Shown here in pieces: positions 47,680 through 61,574 of a DNA stretch of 64,000 nucleotides (positions within the stretch are counted from its first letter, which is position 1; the number at the start of each line of letters is the position of its first letter). This DNA comes from Octopus sinensis. Its lineage: Eukaryota. The stretch covers positions 123,566,001 to 123,630,000 of the forward strand of contig NC_043000.1 in NCBI RefSeq assembly GCF_006345805.1, read 5' to 3'. The notes beneath the pieces were generated by a model. That model saw only the letters and a list, made by a program, of their open reading frames with translations. It had not been told where the DNA came from and made no database searches. The translations under genes were made by a program, and so were the position numbers.

Positions 47680-49873
47680 CCTCCAATGTCCATTCTACTG
47701 CATCTCGCCGTTTTAACCAAAGCAATAAGAATATGTCGCCTCAAATATAACTAAGTAGACACGTCTGCTTGTCATGGTTGAACTAGAACTAAACAACAAT
47801 AACAAAACTTGGCCATTGCTTTATGGATGGACACACTAACATTTTTTAACTTTATTTCCATAAATTGCCTATTTCAAGCTGACATGTTTTAAATGAATGT
47901 GTAGCGAGCGCTTGAGGGAAATTTCTCTTTGTTATATATACATAAATACGGACGTAGTAGATAACAGCTAGCCTTCGGCCGCCCTTTTGGACCCTGTTCT
48001 GTCCACTACTCTGATTAGTTGGTGTTGGCGTCACTTGTCTCTTGCTCTATTGCGCGCCTGTATGCAACCCAACCAATCGCAGCCTTCTGATAAGGTCACA
48101 TGAGACAGTCTCTTCTAAACCTTCTGTGAGCCGACTGTACCCTATAAAACTCTAGCTTCACATCGAGTCGAAGTCTTTCGGTTCAAGACCTTTTAATCCC
48201 TTGCCGCCACATTAACTCGATTTTTTAGTGGGGAGATGACCCAATTTTTGAATGGGGGTGAGATAATCAAAAAGGACCGCTACGTTTTATGCTAGTTATT
48301 CTGTTTTATTATTATTATTATTCGTTTATCCACTTAAATTTGGTGGATAGCTTTTAATGTATATTAGCAGCTTTATAGCAATACCAGTTTCCGTGACATT
48401 CCAGTCAATAATTATAAAATATATTTATTAATAAATCAACAAAAAATATTGCTTTATTGTCTATAATAATGTTGATTCAAAGATAATTAAATTAGATTTT
48501 AAAATACTAACTTGATTTCCTCAATAAATGTTTCACAGACACTACAACCAGAAATTCTGTTAGAAAGTTTGAGTTACATGTATATTTATTAACCTATTTC
48601 TTTATTACCCACAAGGGGCCAAACATAGAGGGGACAAACAAGGACAGACAAACGGATTAAGTCGATTATATCGACCCCAGTGCGTAACTGGTATTTAATT
48701 TATCGACCCCGAAAGGATGAAAGGCAAAGTCGACCTCGGCGGAATTTGAACTCAGAACGTAACGGTAGACGAAATATGGCTACGCATTTCGCCTGGCATG
48801 CTAACGTTTCTTCCGGCTTACAATCTTAAGTTTATTTAGTTATCATTATGAAACAAATAAGTGTTGTAAATAAAAACGATTTGTCAAAATGTTCCTTTAT
48901 TCTTCAATAAAGGGCAAAATATTGAAGATAATGATAGGGATAATGACTTCAAATTTAAATTCACGGTTTTTAGGTATTTCTGATGTTTTCTTTGGTAGTT
49001 TTATATATTAGAAATGTCTTTAATATTCATAGATTGATCAAATGCACATCGTAAAGAGAATAACTTCCCTTAAAGTTTGCTTGAGAAGGCTTAATACTGG
49101 AACATGTATATAAGTGATCTTGTGTTTTTTCAAGTGAAACCTGGATAAACATATTGTCATCAATGCGTCTGTAACTTTGCTTTTTCTTTCTCCTGCATTA
49201 GGTTGTTGGTCCTAGGCAAACCCATTTTTACCTTTGGGAGCAGATAGTCTATTTTAGTCTGGCCTCTGTCATTTGACTTGCCCAGCACGGGAGGTCCAGC
49301 CAAGAGCTTGAATTCTGCTGGCGTCCCTCTCAGACTCATTGAGGCATACAACCCACTATATTGCAATAAGGGCTGGGCCTTTTGGTGGACCTACATTTAA
49401 GGTATTTAATAAAATGTGGTCTGAGATTCTATTCAGAAATACAACCAAATATTTTCAATCGATTTTGACAGATCATCTCTGAGAAAATACGACAGAACCC
49501 AATCGTCGTTTTCGTCCGCTTTCTACATTCATTAAGTTCGATTTGTGATATGATGACGTCATAAGTGAACAATATTTCCATGGCAACGAAAATAAAATTT
49601 CATTAAACTACATGAATTTCATGTAAGATATGACTGTTTTAACGCGTCCAGATGAGGAATATATCAATGGGGATTTAACGGCTGAAAACCGAAATTCTTT
49701 TCTCTGCACATGTAATTCGTTTTTGAAATTATTTTATTATTTTGTTTCGAATCACTGTTTTCATTTTTTCGTATTACCTGTAGCTCACTCGCTTTTCATT
49801 TCTTTCTTTTTCTTTTTGTTAAGTTTAGTGCAGTAACGTGTAAGCTTTGAGAATGATGTTGAGGTGAAATATG

Positions 49874-50117
49874 GGATCTTTTCGGTTTGAACGACAGTTT
49901 TTTTAAATAATTTCCACGTAACTAAACACTTTTAAACTTCGTATACTGGTAGAATGCGTTTATAAAACATCTTTTTCTCTTGACCCTAACTAACCCTAAC
50001 TCTGACCCTAACCCTAAAATAGATTGAAATGCAATAGATCGATACTACGGTCATAATTATGGGTGACAATTTCATATGACACCGCTAGAAAAAACTGCCG
50101 TTCAAACCGAAAAATAC
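49874..50117. mobile_element. Merlin-type MITE, family 1, internally deleted
   Basis: Same TIR as 56684; perfect 8-bp TSD GAAATATG (49866-49873 / 50118-50125); degenerate CCCTAA repeats. Confidence 0.88.
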
Positions 50118-50530
50118 GAAATATGAACGAGGATTTACTGAAGATATAAACCTCACAGTCGAAGGGATAATGTAATAAAAATGACCATAATTGGTGAGGG
50201 GGAAGTGCAAAAGTTTCGTGTCAGATACACTTCTTAGAAATAGCACCCATGGCTACTATTTCTAGGAAGTATATTGACTATGTAGATTCTCTTTCATTGA
50301 CCATTGACTCTTTCTGAGTTATATTGAGGTGCATCATACAGGAAGCTGAAAAGACATCGACTGAATAATATCGTACAATATGGTATTATGAAAGTGCCCA
50401 CTGCTGTTTATAGCCAGCAACAGATTCTTCCCATATTGTCACGCTCACATTAGACGCACCCCCTATTTCAACTGCGCATACTTAGTGACACGGATGAAAT
50501 TATCTTATGGGGGGGGGAACCAACTTTGCA

Positions 50531-50684
50531 GGCGGAAGTAAAGAATACGTACACCATCCGTTTTCAGTGTAACAAAAACCCTAACCCTAATCCTAACCCT
50601 AAACCCTAATCCTAAACTCTAACCTTAAGCCCTAACCCTAGCCCTAACCCTAAACATCGGGCGTACATATTCTTTACTTTCGCC
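50531..50684. mobile_element. Merlin-type MITE, family 3, mostly telomere-like repeat
   Basis: About 25-bp imperfect TIR GGCG(G/A)AAGTAAAGAATA(C/T)GTAC; 9-bp TSD AACTTTGCA / AACTTCGCA; about 12 degenerate CCCTAA units (50578-50652). Confidence 0.8.
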
Positions 50685-51469
50685 AACTTCGCATTTAAAA
50701 CCCGGCTTGTTTTTTGTTTGTTTTTTGAGACATTTCTTTGGGGTGGGTGGGGAATGTGCGTTTTCTATGCCATCAAATATAGTTTTCCGTACAGATGCTG
50801 ACCATCAGTCCCGCCCAAGCCTGAAGGCACGAGTACTGATATAAGATATTAAAGACAGGTTAACGTACGTTGAATGCGGTGATGGTTTGCAGAGTAACAA
50901 AGAAAATGGCCGTCGTTCAAGGACAAACCGTGAATACCCATCCCATCTAAAGTATTCTTTTCTACTCTAGGCACAAGGCCCGAAATTTTGGGTGGGGGAG
51001 ACCAGTCGATTAATTCGACCCTAGTACGCAACTGGTACTTAATTTACCGACCCTGAAAAGATGAAAGGCAAAGTCGATCTCGGCGGGATTTGAACTTAGA
51101 AACTAAAGACAGACGAAATACCTATTTCTTTACTATCCACAAGGGGCTAAACACAGAGAGGACAAACAAGGACGGACAAACGGATTAAGTCGATTACATC
51201 GACCCCAGTGCGTGACTGGTACTTATTTAATCGACCCCGAGAGGATGAAAGGCAAAGTCGACCTCAGCGGAATTTGAACTCAGAACGTAACGGCAGACGA
51301 AAAACCGCTAAGCATTTCGCCCGACGTGCTTAACGTTTCTGCCAGCTCGCCGCCTTCTTCCCATCCAAATTAACAGACTGACATGAAATTGGTTGGCACA
51401 TTGCTGCCTCTAATACATTGATGGACGCCGATGTGGAAGTCGTCATTGTTAAGGGAATTACCCAAAGGA

Positions 51470-51660
51470 GCAATCAGAAACGAATGCAACCATGCACAGT
51501 AATTAAGTAATGAAGAGGCCACCAGATGTCCTCTATCCTACAGATCTGTCCAAACAATAACGGAAGCAGAGAATGTTTACTTTTAATATCGCTCCAAATG
51601 CTCAAAATTGCCCAACCAGTACCATTTTCAGCCTTTCGCTTATCAGCATTCGTCATCCTC
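51470..51660 (-). mobile_element. Decayed RTE-like LINE C-terminal fragment
   Basis: MTNADKRK...ILSIWSD...FGQICR resembles the RTE C-terminus; heavily decayed. Confidence 0.45.
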
Positions 51661-52316
51661 CAACAGATATTTATCTAAAGCAGCTTGGCAGTGGTTTCAA
51701 TGAGAAATCAGTTGATTGTTTCAGAAAATTTTCATTGTAATTGCTCGTAAATTACATCAGTATTATGATTTATTTCAAGTACAGAAATCTCCTTCCTAAC
51801 CGGCATCACAGGGACTAGAGGGTTGCCAGATGACTAAATTTTCCGGATATCTGTTGATCAGATATCTGGAAATTATCTTAAGACCTTACAAAACACATTA
51901 AAACTCTATTTATACGTAAGTATTATCGGTAATTTTCCAAATATAATAGAAATGAGAGAAACAGGAAGTATAATTCAAGAACAAGTTTTATTAATAAAAT
52001 ATAGGTATTCTTAATACAGTAAAATAAGTTACAATCGAAACCTTTTAATGACAATTAACACAAGTTAGCACAAATTGTCCTGACTCTATTTAGCAACACA
52101 TTTCCTGGGCGTAGGTTGCTTGAAAATTTCCGGTTGAGTATCGGATAGGAGGGGGTTTATTGTGTTACTAACGCTATTACAACAAGTAAGCAAATGCCTT
52201 TAGAATCTCTTTTGGTCGATTTATCGGTAAAACGTAATGAGGGATCCATATTGCAACCATAAATAAGAATTTGTAGTTGCAATATTAATTAAACGTTGAT
52301 ACCTTCATTCTGCAAA

Positions 52317-52686
52317 TCTCTATATATAAAGCTGAAGTTGTCTGTGTATTGCAGGTTTGGTAGCCTTCAACTAACACTATCTCCTCTGAGACCCTGCGGC
52401 GCAAGTTGACCAAAATTGAGAGTATGATAGAAGAAGGCTTGCTCTTCCTTCCGTAGAAAAAAATTTTTTTTTTAATTATTTACATCAAAAAGGTGCTTTT
52501 TTTCTATGAAAATCCCTATTTTTTACGATTTTTTGACTGCTGTGTCGCCATTTTTCGGTGTATTTCAACTAGAAAAATGTTCACTTAAAGAGAATAACAA
52601 GCTACATTATGCAAAATTTTTACTTTTAAAAATTCCAATTCTAAAGGGTTGAAACAAACCCTAGCAACGCCGGGCGATACTGCTAG
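52317..52686 (+). mobile_element. Non-autonomous Helitron, copy 3
   Basis: A|TC...CTAG|T insertion; homologous to 16886-17265 along its length. Confidence 0.8.
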
Positions 52687-53092
52687 TTAAAATAAAAAGA
52701 AAAATCGTTGGTCGAACGTATGCTGTGTAATAAAATAGTGGCTGACTACCGTTTAATTTATGTAGGCAAGTTAGTTAATAATAGATTATAAATCAGACAG
52801 GCTGTCAACAATTTTTATTGCCTCAGGACTGCAATTTAACAACTGTTACATAATACTGGTTTCACATCTTAGTACAAGGCTAGCATTTTCTGGGGAAGGT
52901 TATGTCGATTACATCGACCCGAGCGTTTAACTGATACTTAATTCCAACATTCTCGAAAGGATGAAAGGCAAAGTCAGTATCGGCGGAATTTAAACTCAGA
53001 ACACAAAGACGGACAAAATGCCACGAAGCATTTTTCCCGGTGTGCTAACGATTCTACTAGCTCGCCGCCTTTTCAACTGTTACATAATATTG

Positions 53093-53485
53093 GCGATCTG
53101 GCAGAATCGTTAGCACGCCGGGCAAAATGCGTAGCCGTATTTCGTCTGCCGTTACGTTCTGAGTTCAAATTCCGCCGAGGTCGACTTTGCCTTTCATCTT
53201 TCGGGGTCGATTAAATAAGTACCAGTTACGCACTGGGGTCGATATAATCGACTTAATCCGTTTGTCTGTCCCTGTTTGTTCTCTCTGTGTTTAGCCCCTT
53301 GTGGGTAGTAAAGAAATAGGTATTTCGTCTGCCGCTACATTCTGAGTTCAAATTCCACCGAGGTCGACTTTGCCTTTCATCCTTTCGAGGTCGATAAATT
53401 AAGTACCAGTTGCGAACTGGGATCGATCTAATCGACTGGACCTCTCCCCCAAAATTTCGGGCCTTGTGCTTAGAGTAGAAAAGAA
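53093..53485 (+). mobile_element. SINE family A, dimeric tRNA-derived, representative copy. Others at about 4113-4500, 6845-7221, 12305-12512, 22535-22716, 25862-26093, 26410-26645, 38707-39415, 45912-46321, 48594-48815, 50953-51355, 58662-58778
   Basis: A-box TGGCAGAATCGTTAGC, B-box GAGTTCAAATTCC, body GCCTTTCATCCTTTCGGGGTCGAT repeated twice per element; more than 12 copies. Confidence 0.88.
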
Positions 53486-53714
53486 CCGTTAGCACATCGG
53501 ACAAAATGTTTAGTGACAGTTGGCCAGTCTTTATGTTCTGTGTTCAAATACCGCCGGGATTGACTTTGCCTTTCATCCTTTCAGGGTCGATAAAATAAGT
53601 ACCAGCTGAGCATTGAAGTCGATGTAATCGAGTTGGCCCCACACCCGAAATTTATGGCCTTGTGCCAAAATATGAAACCAATATTAATCGTGACTTCTTT
53701 TACTATTTATTTAG

Positions 53715-54118
53715 TATCACTATAACAGCCAACTACAAGAAGATCCAGACCTTCATCAACAAATGTCTCCGGCAGATCCTCCATCTGAAGTGGTTCGACA
53801 GAGTGTGGGAAAGGGCCAACCAGGAATCCATACATGTTCAGATTAGACGAAGGAAATGGAGATGGATCGGACACACTGCAGAAAGAACCCTCAAATGTGA
53901 CACGACAAGCACTTGACTGGAACCCGCAGGGGAAAAGGAAGCGAGGACGCCCGAAGCAGACATGGAAGCGGAGCATTTTGGACGAGCTCAGGTCCACCAG
54001 CCTGACATGGGAAGCACCCAAGAAACACACCAATGACCACAAAAAGTGGAAAACAACTGTTAGGCCCTATGCTCCACAAGGGGAAAAAAGGATTAAGAGA
54101 GAGAGAGAGAGAGAGAGA
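53715..54118 (+). mobile_element. 5'-truncated RTE-clade LINE 3' end with (GA)n tail
   Basis: IQTFINKCLRQIL, IRRRKWRWIGHT, RQALDWNPQGKRKRGRPKQTW; frameshifted. Confidence 0.85.
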
Positions 54119-56683
54119 TAACAGCCATTATTTATAAGTTGGCTACATTCATCGTATATATTTATTACATCACCACCTTACAAACCGCAACCATTGAAAA
54201 ATTGCACGATGGCTCTATACTAATTATTTTAGTTGCCTATATAGTCTCGGGCAGACACCGACACTCATTCGAACCTCTCACCGTCCCTGATCTAACGACA
54301 CATCTAGAGTGTGACAATTTGAGATAGAGCCTGTTCCACCGGCATTCGGTTTGTCTTCATTTCTCAGCTGAGGAAACTGATGCAGATGAAGTGTCTTGCA
54401 AAAGGAAAACAACTCGTCAGCCGCTAGCCCACGCGCCGTTACTCAGTTTTCTAAAACTTAAGGCATTAAATCAACCCTAGATTTTACTAGTAAATCAAAG
54501 TCCCTTTAGTCGGCTCTTCACCGGAGAGATGCTATCGTACTAATTTTTTTCCATAGTTTTATTGTGGCTGTTCACTTTTTCGAGAAGTCTCGGAATAGCT
54601 AACTTTTTGGGAGCTTTCTTTTTAAAAACATTACACTCTGTCATACGTTTGAAATTACTTTTTCTAGTAACAAATTTTTTTCAATAAAGTACCATGTTTT
54701 TCCCATTGACCCCCCCACACACACACACACCCCTTTCTTTTCTCTTTTGGTCTTTCAGTCATTGGACTGCGACCATGCTGGTGCACCACTTTGAGGGGTT
54801 TAGTCGAACAATTCAACCTGAGGACTTATATTTTTAAGTCTATGAGGAGTATTCCAAAGAGTGGAATACTATAAAATTGACGTCTTTACGTTCTGAATTC
54901 TAATTCCGCCAAGGTCGATTTTGCCTTTCATCCTTTCAGGATCGATAAAATCAGCGACCAGGTGAGCACTGGAGTCGATATAATCGACTTACCCTCCCCA
55001 CCGGAATTGCAGGCCTTTGACCAAAAATTTCAAACCCATATTAAATTTTTACCCGTGAATATAAGTATTTACCAACATGTTTCTTTATTTCTTTGTAAAG
55101 TGCGAGGTTGGGAAGAGAATAATGGGAAAAGTCATTTAAAACTTACCAAGTAGGCTTAGGAGTGACTGTGTGGTAAGTAGCTTGCTTACCAACCACATGG
55201 TTCCGGGTTCAGTCCCACTGCGTGGCACCTTGCGCGTTCTTTAAAACATGGGTAGTTAACAAACATGCTTTGCTCGTGTTTATTAGGAAAGTAAGCAAAA
55301 TATTTGATGAATCTAAAGTTACACTTTCTGTTTTTTAATATCCAAAAATAATTTCAGCATGAAAGATATGTGTGGAAATACTTCGATCATATGAATTGAA
55401 AGAAGAAATCAAAATTTTAAAAAACCTCTGGAGAATCCAGCTGGAAAGTTTAATGGCGGTAACATCTGATAGTATCCTATGGAGCAAGCTGCCTCAGATA
55501 TCTCGAAAAAAAAGAGCTAATTTGATGACACAAAGAAGTTTCATTTTCCATAGAGTTAGAATTTATATGTTTCAGGAAAAAATAAGAATTCTCTGCGGTC
55601 ATATTGCATAATTTTGCATACCCGTTCATGTGTCACCACTTCGTTTTTCCCGCTAATCCGCTTATTTCAATCTTCTTTTTATTCGTGAACGATAAGCTAC
55701 GACACTATCTGTGGAAAGTGTGGTGGTAGGATTGACGAAAATATTTTGCTTGACTTACTGTCTCGTGAATGTATCCAAGTTGATCCAGAAGTTGGCAACT
55801 GGCCATTAATCTATGAATATTGTCTAACCTGATTAGACTTTCTACCTTACAATACTTTCTAAAGTGCCTGCACTCTTGTGTAATGTTTGCCGTAGAAACC
55901 CTTTCTTTGCGATGTTATCATACGACATGATGATCCACCTTTGCTGGACAATTCTACTGACATTGTCTTTCTCGGGAATAGAAAACTTTCATCAACTCTT
56001 ACTTCATGATTGCAGCCACCAACACGAATTTTATCCTTTAACTACTTTGGAAAATAAATCTCTGCAATATTCGCACCAAAGAATGGCCACTTTATTGTCT
56101 ACATTATTCAGTGGAGATGCGGAGCTCATGTGGACTAAGTAAGCCTCTAATGTTTGCCTCAGGCAAAACGTCAATCCAATTTTCCAGAAAAACCAGCTCT
56201 ATGTCTCCATCGTGCTCAGAGCCAGAGTTGACATATGTGAGGAAATGAAATGTGGTTGAGACAAAACTTCGATTCGAAAGGTTTTCAGAATTTGCCATGT
56301 CAACTGAATGCCGATCTCTTTGGTACGTCACAGAGAGATAAACCTAATCATTAAGTGAGCCCTAGTCATGGTAAATATCTTTTCAATTCACTGAAGCCAG
56401 TCAGATTGTCCAGTGACGATGGGAAGATGCCTGACAAACTTACTCTTTGCCTCTGAGTTAGAGGCAACTGCCTCATACGGGACGTGATCGTAAGCGGCTC
56501 TGCACCACATGTCCTTAATGTTGTGGAGGAGGTGGAGAAGGGGGTCACTATATCTGCAGGTGAACGGAATGATCCGTTGGTCAATCATATTTTTCAACCT
56601 GAGGACTTTTGAGACGCTGGAGGTGCTGGTCTGTTGATGTTTTTGACTTCGTTAACATCCCTCCTTACGGAAATATTAAACGG

Positions 56684-57105
56684 GGATCTTTTCGGTTTGA
56701 ACGGCAGTTTTTTCTAGCGGTGTCATATGAAATTGTCACCCATAATTATGACCCTAGTATCGATCTATTGCATTTCAATCTGTTTTAGGGTTAGGGTTAG
56801 GGGTGGGGGGAAGGGTATCTTTTTCTCATCACAAATGTAAATAAACCCAATCTGTTTCTTAAACGAGGGACATATTCATACGGCACAGAATGTTTTTTTT
56901 TACCTCAATAGACGTCATTGATTGGTTGAAATTTCAGAAATCGAAGGAAAAAAAACAACAAATATCTTACAAACTATAGAATTTTCTCAATAAAGCCAAG
57001 AGAAAAAGATGTTTTATAAACACATTTTACCAGTATACGAAGTTTAAAAGTGTTTAGTTACGTGGAAATTATTTTTAAAAACTGCCGTTCAAACCGAAAA
57101 GATCC
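56684..57105. mobile_element. Merlin-type MITE, family 1, full length
   Basis: TIR GGATCTTTTCGGTTTGAACGGCAGTTTTT; perfect 8-bp TSD TTAAACGG; internal (TTAGGG)3. Confidence 0.9.
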
Positions 57106-57503
57106 TTAAACGGTACCCGAGAGGATACTTGGTTATTCCAGCGCTCAACCATGCCATCATTTGTTTTAATGTTGTAAGCATTTGGGGTTGTCCCAAAAAT
57201 TTCTAGACAGGAACACTGAAGTCACTTGGCACAACATTTCTAGTGTGTACGACTATTTTATTTAATTAATTTGGAATCTTCAGTTTTTTTCTTGCCTTTT
57301 TTTCCGACGCTTTCTCAGTCTTTACGTTTAAAAGTTGTATTCTTTTTCGCAGAATTGTATTTTTGTTGCTCTGCATTTTTATTATAACATTGTCAAATGA
57401 AATAAAATACTTCTGCCACTGTAGGTAATATCAGATAACACTTTGTAAGTACAATCATTACAATATTCTGATAATGGAGACACACACACACTCACCCACA
57501 CAC

Positions 57504-57546
<43 letters not shown>

Positions 57547-58563
57547 CATACATGTATGTGTTTGTGTCTCTCTGTGTGTGTAGGTATGAATGTAAATATA
57601 TACGCTAACATCGAACAGCGAGAATGAGTGCTCAACACCGCATTGGTGGCTACATATTCTGCATTTGTGGATTAACAACGCTACCGCTGGTTTCATATAT
57701 TTATATACACAAAGGGTAAAGACCCCCTTCGGTCATGAATGACCATGGGATTGCACCTAGAAAGTTACCCTCCTAGACACAAGTCCGGGCAAGGTTGTTT
57801 ATGGAAGACCAGCAGTCGCCCATGCATACCAGCCTCCCCCCTGCACGTCACCAGTGTTATCCAAGGGAAAGACAAAGGTTGATACAGCTTGGCACCAGTG
57901 ACGTCGCAACTCATTTCTACAGCTGAGTGAACTGGAGCAACGTGAAATAAAGTGCCTTGCTCAAGAACACAACACGCAGCCCGGTCCGGGATTCGAGCTC
58001 ACAACCTCACGATCGTAATCTCGACGCTCTAACCACTGAGCCATGCGCCTTCACAAAGATCATACTGATAACCGATGTTCATGCTTCTGAGTTTCGTGTA
58101 AAGCTATCCGTTCCACATTCATCAGATGTACAAATTATAGATATAAGTCAAACACTTCCCCCGATGGCTGCTGCAGAAGCCGGCACACAAACCTTTGGAG
58201 AAAGTAAATAAAACCTTTTTATTCTAAAAAAATTGTCACCCCGACAGTAATGGGGCTCAAGCGGTAAGTCAGGGTCAACGCTTAAAGCAATTAACCCTTA
58301 AAAACAACAGTTTCTTTATAAAAATATCCTTTTTAGTTTCCTGCAAGGCCTTGCGAGCAGGAATTCCGCAGCAGCCACCTTTGGCAGTATTCAACATAAA
58401 TCCATAATGTATATATATGAGTGTGCGTGTATGCATGTGTGTGTGTGTGCGGTTCGCATATCGCGGTGTATTAATTAAGATTAAGTCTATTCCTCTGTGG
58501 TGTTGTTTTACATTTATAATAAAATACATATATATACAAATCATAAAATAATGAAAAAATCTA

Positions 58564-58646
58564 CAGTACACTACTGTCTCTACTTCGCGGATTTTCACCT
58601 ATCGCGGGTTTGGAACGTAACGCCCGCAATAGTCGCGAGATTACTG
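58564..58646. mobile_element. Short Tigger-like MITE
   Basis: TA|CAGTA...TACTG|TA ends with internal CGCGG/CCCGC subrepeats. Confidence 0.65.
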
Positions 58647-58905
58647 TATATATATTATATGTATTTCTTTACTACCCACAAGGGGCTAAACACAGAGGGG
58701 ACAAACAAGGACAGACAAACGGATTAAGTCGATTACATCGATCTCAGTGCGTAACTGGTACTTAATTTATCGACCCATAATATATACCTATTGGTTTAGG
58801 GAGATTTTATTTCCCCAAAATATTAGGTATTGAACCAGTGTTTTCTTAGATGTAATCATCCTTTTAAGAGATTAATATATCCTCTAATTAGGTTACACAC
58901 GCGCG

Positions 58906-58937
<32 letters not shown>

Positions 58938-59044
58938 CCACACACACACACACACGCACACATACGCGCGCGCACACATACATATATTTATGTATGTATG
59001 TATGTGTGTATGCATATATGTGTACATATACGTATTCTTTTATT

Positions 59045-59282
59045 TTTTTAGTCATTTGACTGCGACCATGCTGGAACACTGTCTTTTAGTCGAACAAATC
59101 AACCACACAGGACTTATTCCTTGTAAGCCTAGTACTTATTCTATCGGTCTATTTTGCCGAACCGCTAAGTTACGGGGACGTAAACACAACAGCATCGGTT
59201 GTCAAACGATGGTGGACACACACACACACACACACGCATACATACATACATACATACATACATACATACATACATACATACA

Positions 59283-59314
<32 letters not shown>

Positions 59315-59460
59315 CACACACACACATGCACGACGGGCTTCTTCCAGTTTCCGTCAACCAAATCCACTCAGAAGGTTTTGGTCGGCCCGAAGCTATAACA
59401 GAAGACACTTGCCCAAGGTGCCACGCAGTGGGACTGAACCTGGAACCATGTGGTTGGTAA
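59045..59460 (-). mobile_element. SINE family C (tRNA/CORE with internal microsatellite). Others at about 2437-2855, 10782-11168, 12960-13150, 14160-14745, 18830-19080, 19600-19880, 38070-38530, 62040-62400, 63505-63815
   Basis: Head GGTTCAGTCCCACTGCGTGGCACCTTGGGCAAGTGTC, internal (TACA)n/(CA)n, conserved 3' body. Confidence 0.85.
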
Positions 59461-59527
59461 GCAGTATGTATGTAGGTATATATGTACACACACACGGTCA
59501 TACATATGTATATATAGACAGACAGGC

Positions 59528-59529
<2 letters not shown>

Positions 59530-59612
<83 letters not shown>
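59530..59612. repeat. (GATA)n microsatellite
   Basis: About 20 perfect GATA units. Confidence 0.98.
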
Positions 59613-61320
59613 CGCAAATTTGAATATGAGCACAATCAGATTGTTTATGTGACTAATCACTACGTTATAGCGTAGAGTATTATTGCTTAATGGGGAAATA
59701 AAATTCATCAACGATATTCTCTGCTATTAGATGTAGCAATTACTTATAATGTGTTCGTTGTTGTTTGTCGGATACTATTGTCTAGTGGACTTTTATCACA
59801 ACGTTAACTATCAATCACGCACCGGTGGAACTACAGTCGGTTTTCTTATTAACTCATTCACAAAGATTCAATTAAAATTATGTCAGATTTACAAGCAAAA
59901 TACCAGCGGCTTGCGTCCGAGTATTCTAAGGTAAATAATGATTTAATAATACCCAGTAGTTGTTCAGTGCATGATCTGTGTTTGCTTTTGTCGAAGCTAC
60001 AAGCTGCGGAACATATGACAAAACAACTCTCAACAGTTAATAACAAAATCTTGATATGACCAACTGTTCATCTCGTGTCCGCCCTCTTCTCTGATACCTA
60101 ATATCAACAACGTTCTTTTTTCTATATACTCTCAGCACTTACTCTGACCTCATATTTGTAAATACCTCTACAGATACTCATATACTTACATATATGTATA
60201 TATACATATATATGTGTGTGTATATATATATGCATATATGAGTGTATATATTTATATATATACTTTTCTTATTCAACCTGCATGTTTGTGTGTGTATGTG
60301 ATATATATATATATGTGTGTGTGTGTGTATGTGATATATATATGTGTATTGGGGGGTGTTCCAGGATATAGTTTTTGTTCTTTATTTTTCTCTTATTTAT
60401 ATTAAGAAATTTCCAAAATTAATTCTAGACAAACGTGAGCTCAGAATTGATTTGAATGCGTACAATTGTTTGTAATTTAAAATAATGTATTTTTGTAATT
60501 GCATTTCGCACTAATTTTCAACGATCGATTTTGTATGATAGCTTTCTCTTTTATTCACTTAGAGACCTTCAGTCATACCTGAAAAGAACTTTGATGTTCT
60601 GTTATCAGTTTAACAATTGACATAGGTGGACGGCGTACTTACAATGTTTACATATGCCTTACTACATATCTCTGAATTAATAGTAAAAAGAAAAAGGATT
60701 TATAATTCTCACATTCTAAACCTTATTATTTCTAACGTTTTTGTGTGATTCCTCTATAACCTAAAATTAAATATAAGCCGGATTTAATTATTACTTTTGT
60801 TTAGATCTTTTGATATTTCATCCCAGGAGTACCGTTGTATATTATGTTGGTAGAGTCGGTAAAGCGTCGGACGAAATGCCTTGCGGTGTTCAGTTACGTC
60901 CCTTTACGTTCTCAGTTCGAATCCCGTCCAAGTATAGGTCGATAACGTAAATACTAATCAATTAATTGATATAATTAACTATTTCCTACCTAAAGTGAGT
61001 AACCTTCTACATATGTTTAGGAAATGTTATTTGAATTTGTATTCAATAACAAAACAATAAACATCATCTTTTGTAAAAGGCTAAAATATATTTCAGCAGA
61101 GTAAAAATTTTCGATCACTTTTCAAGATTTAGTTCCTTTTTCTTTTGCTACAGTAAAAAATCTCGGCATATTTTCATACATGAAAAATATATTAAAAGGA
61201 ATGCAGTGCCTGTGTTTTGAACCTCGTCGTGTTATATATTAAAAGAGATGGGAGGATTGTTTGTGTTATGGATCTTAGCAATTTTTCAAATGTAAAATCA
61301 CTATATTTTTTAAAATTCTG

Positions 61321-61379
<59 letters not shown>

Positions 61380-61528
61380 AAGCATATAATTATAAATATG
61401 TAATTATAATTAAGGACACTGGTTGGACAATGCCAATATGCTAGAAGTAGATGTCAAATGTCTACAAATCACTCTAAATTTACATTATTTACATTCAACG
61501 AATATTTGTGCTCATCTTGTTTGTTGTT

Positions 61529-61574
61529 AACACAACGTTTCGGCCAATATACCCTCCAGCTTTCTTCAGGTGTC
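61529..61574 (-). ncRNA. Second, partly decayed hammerhead copy in inverted orientation
   Basis: GACAC-CTGAAGA-A-AGCTG...TGGCC-GAAACGTT-GTGTT; stem II weakened. Confidence 0.5.

Noticed and set aside
50578-50652. True telomere or chromosome-fusion scar
   Set aside because: The repeat is short, degenerate and enclosed by TIRs and a TSD, so it is transposon-borne.
55860-56660. Possible decayed LINE reverse transcriptase on the minus strand
   Set aside because: No diagnostic RT motif (such as YADD) could be recovered by eye.
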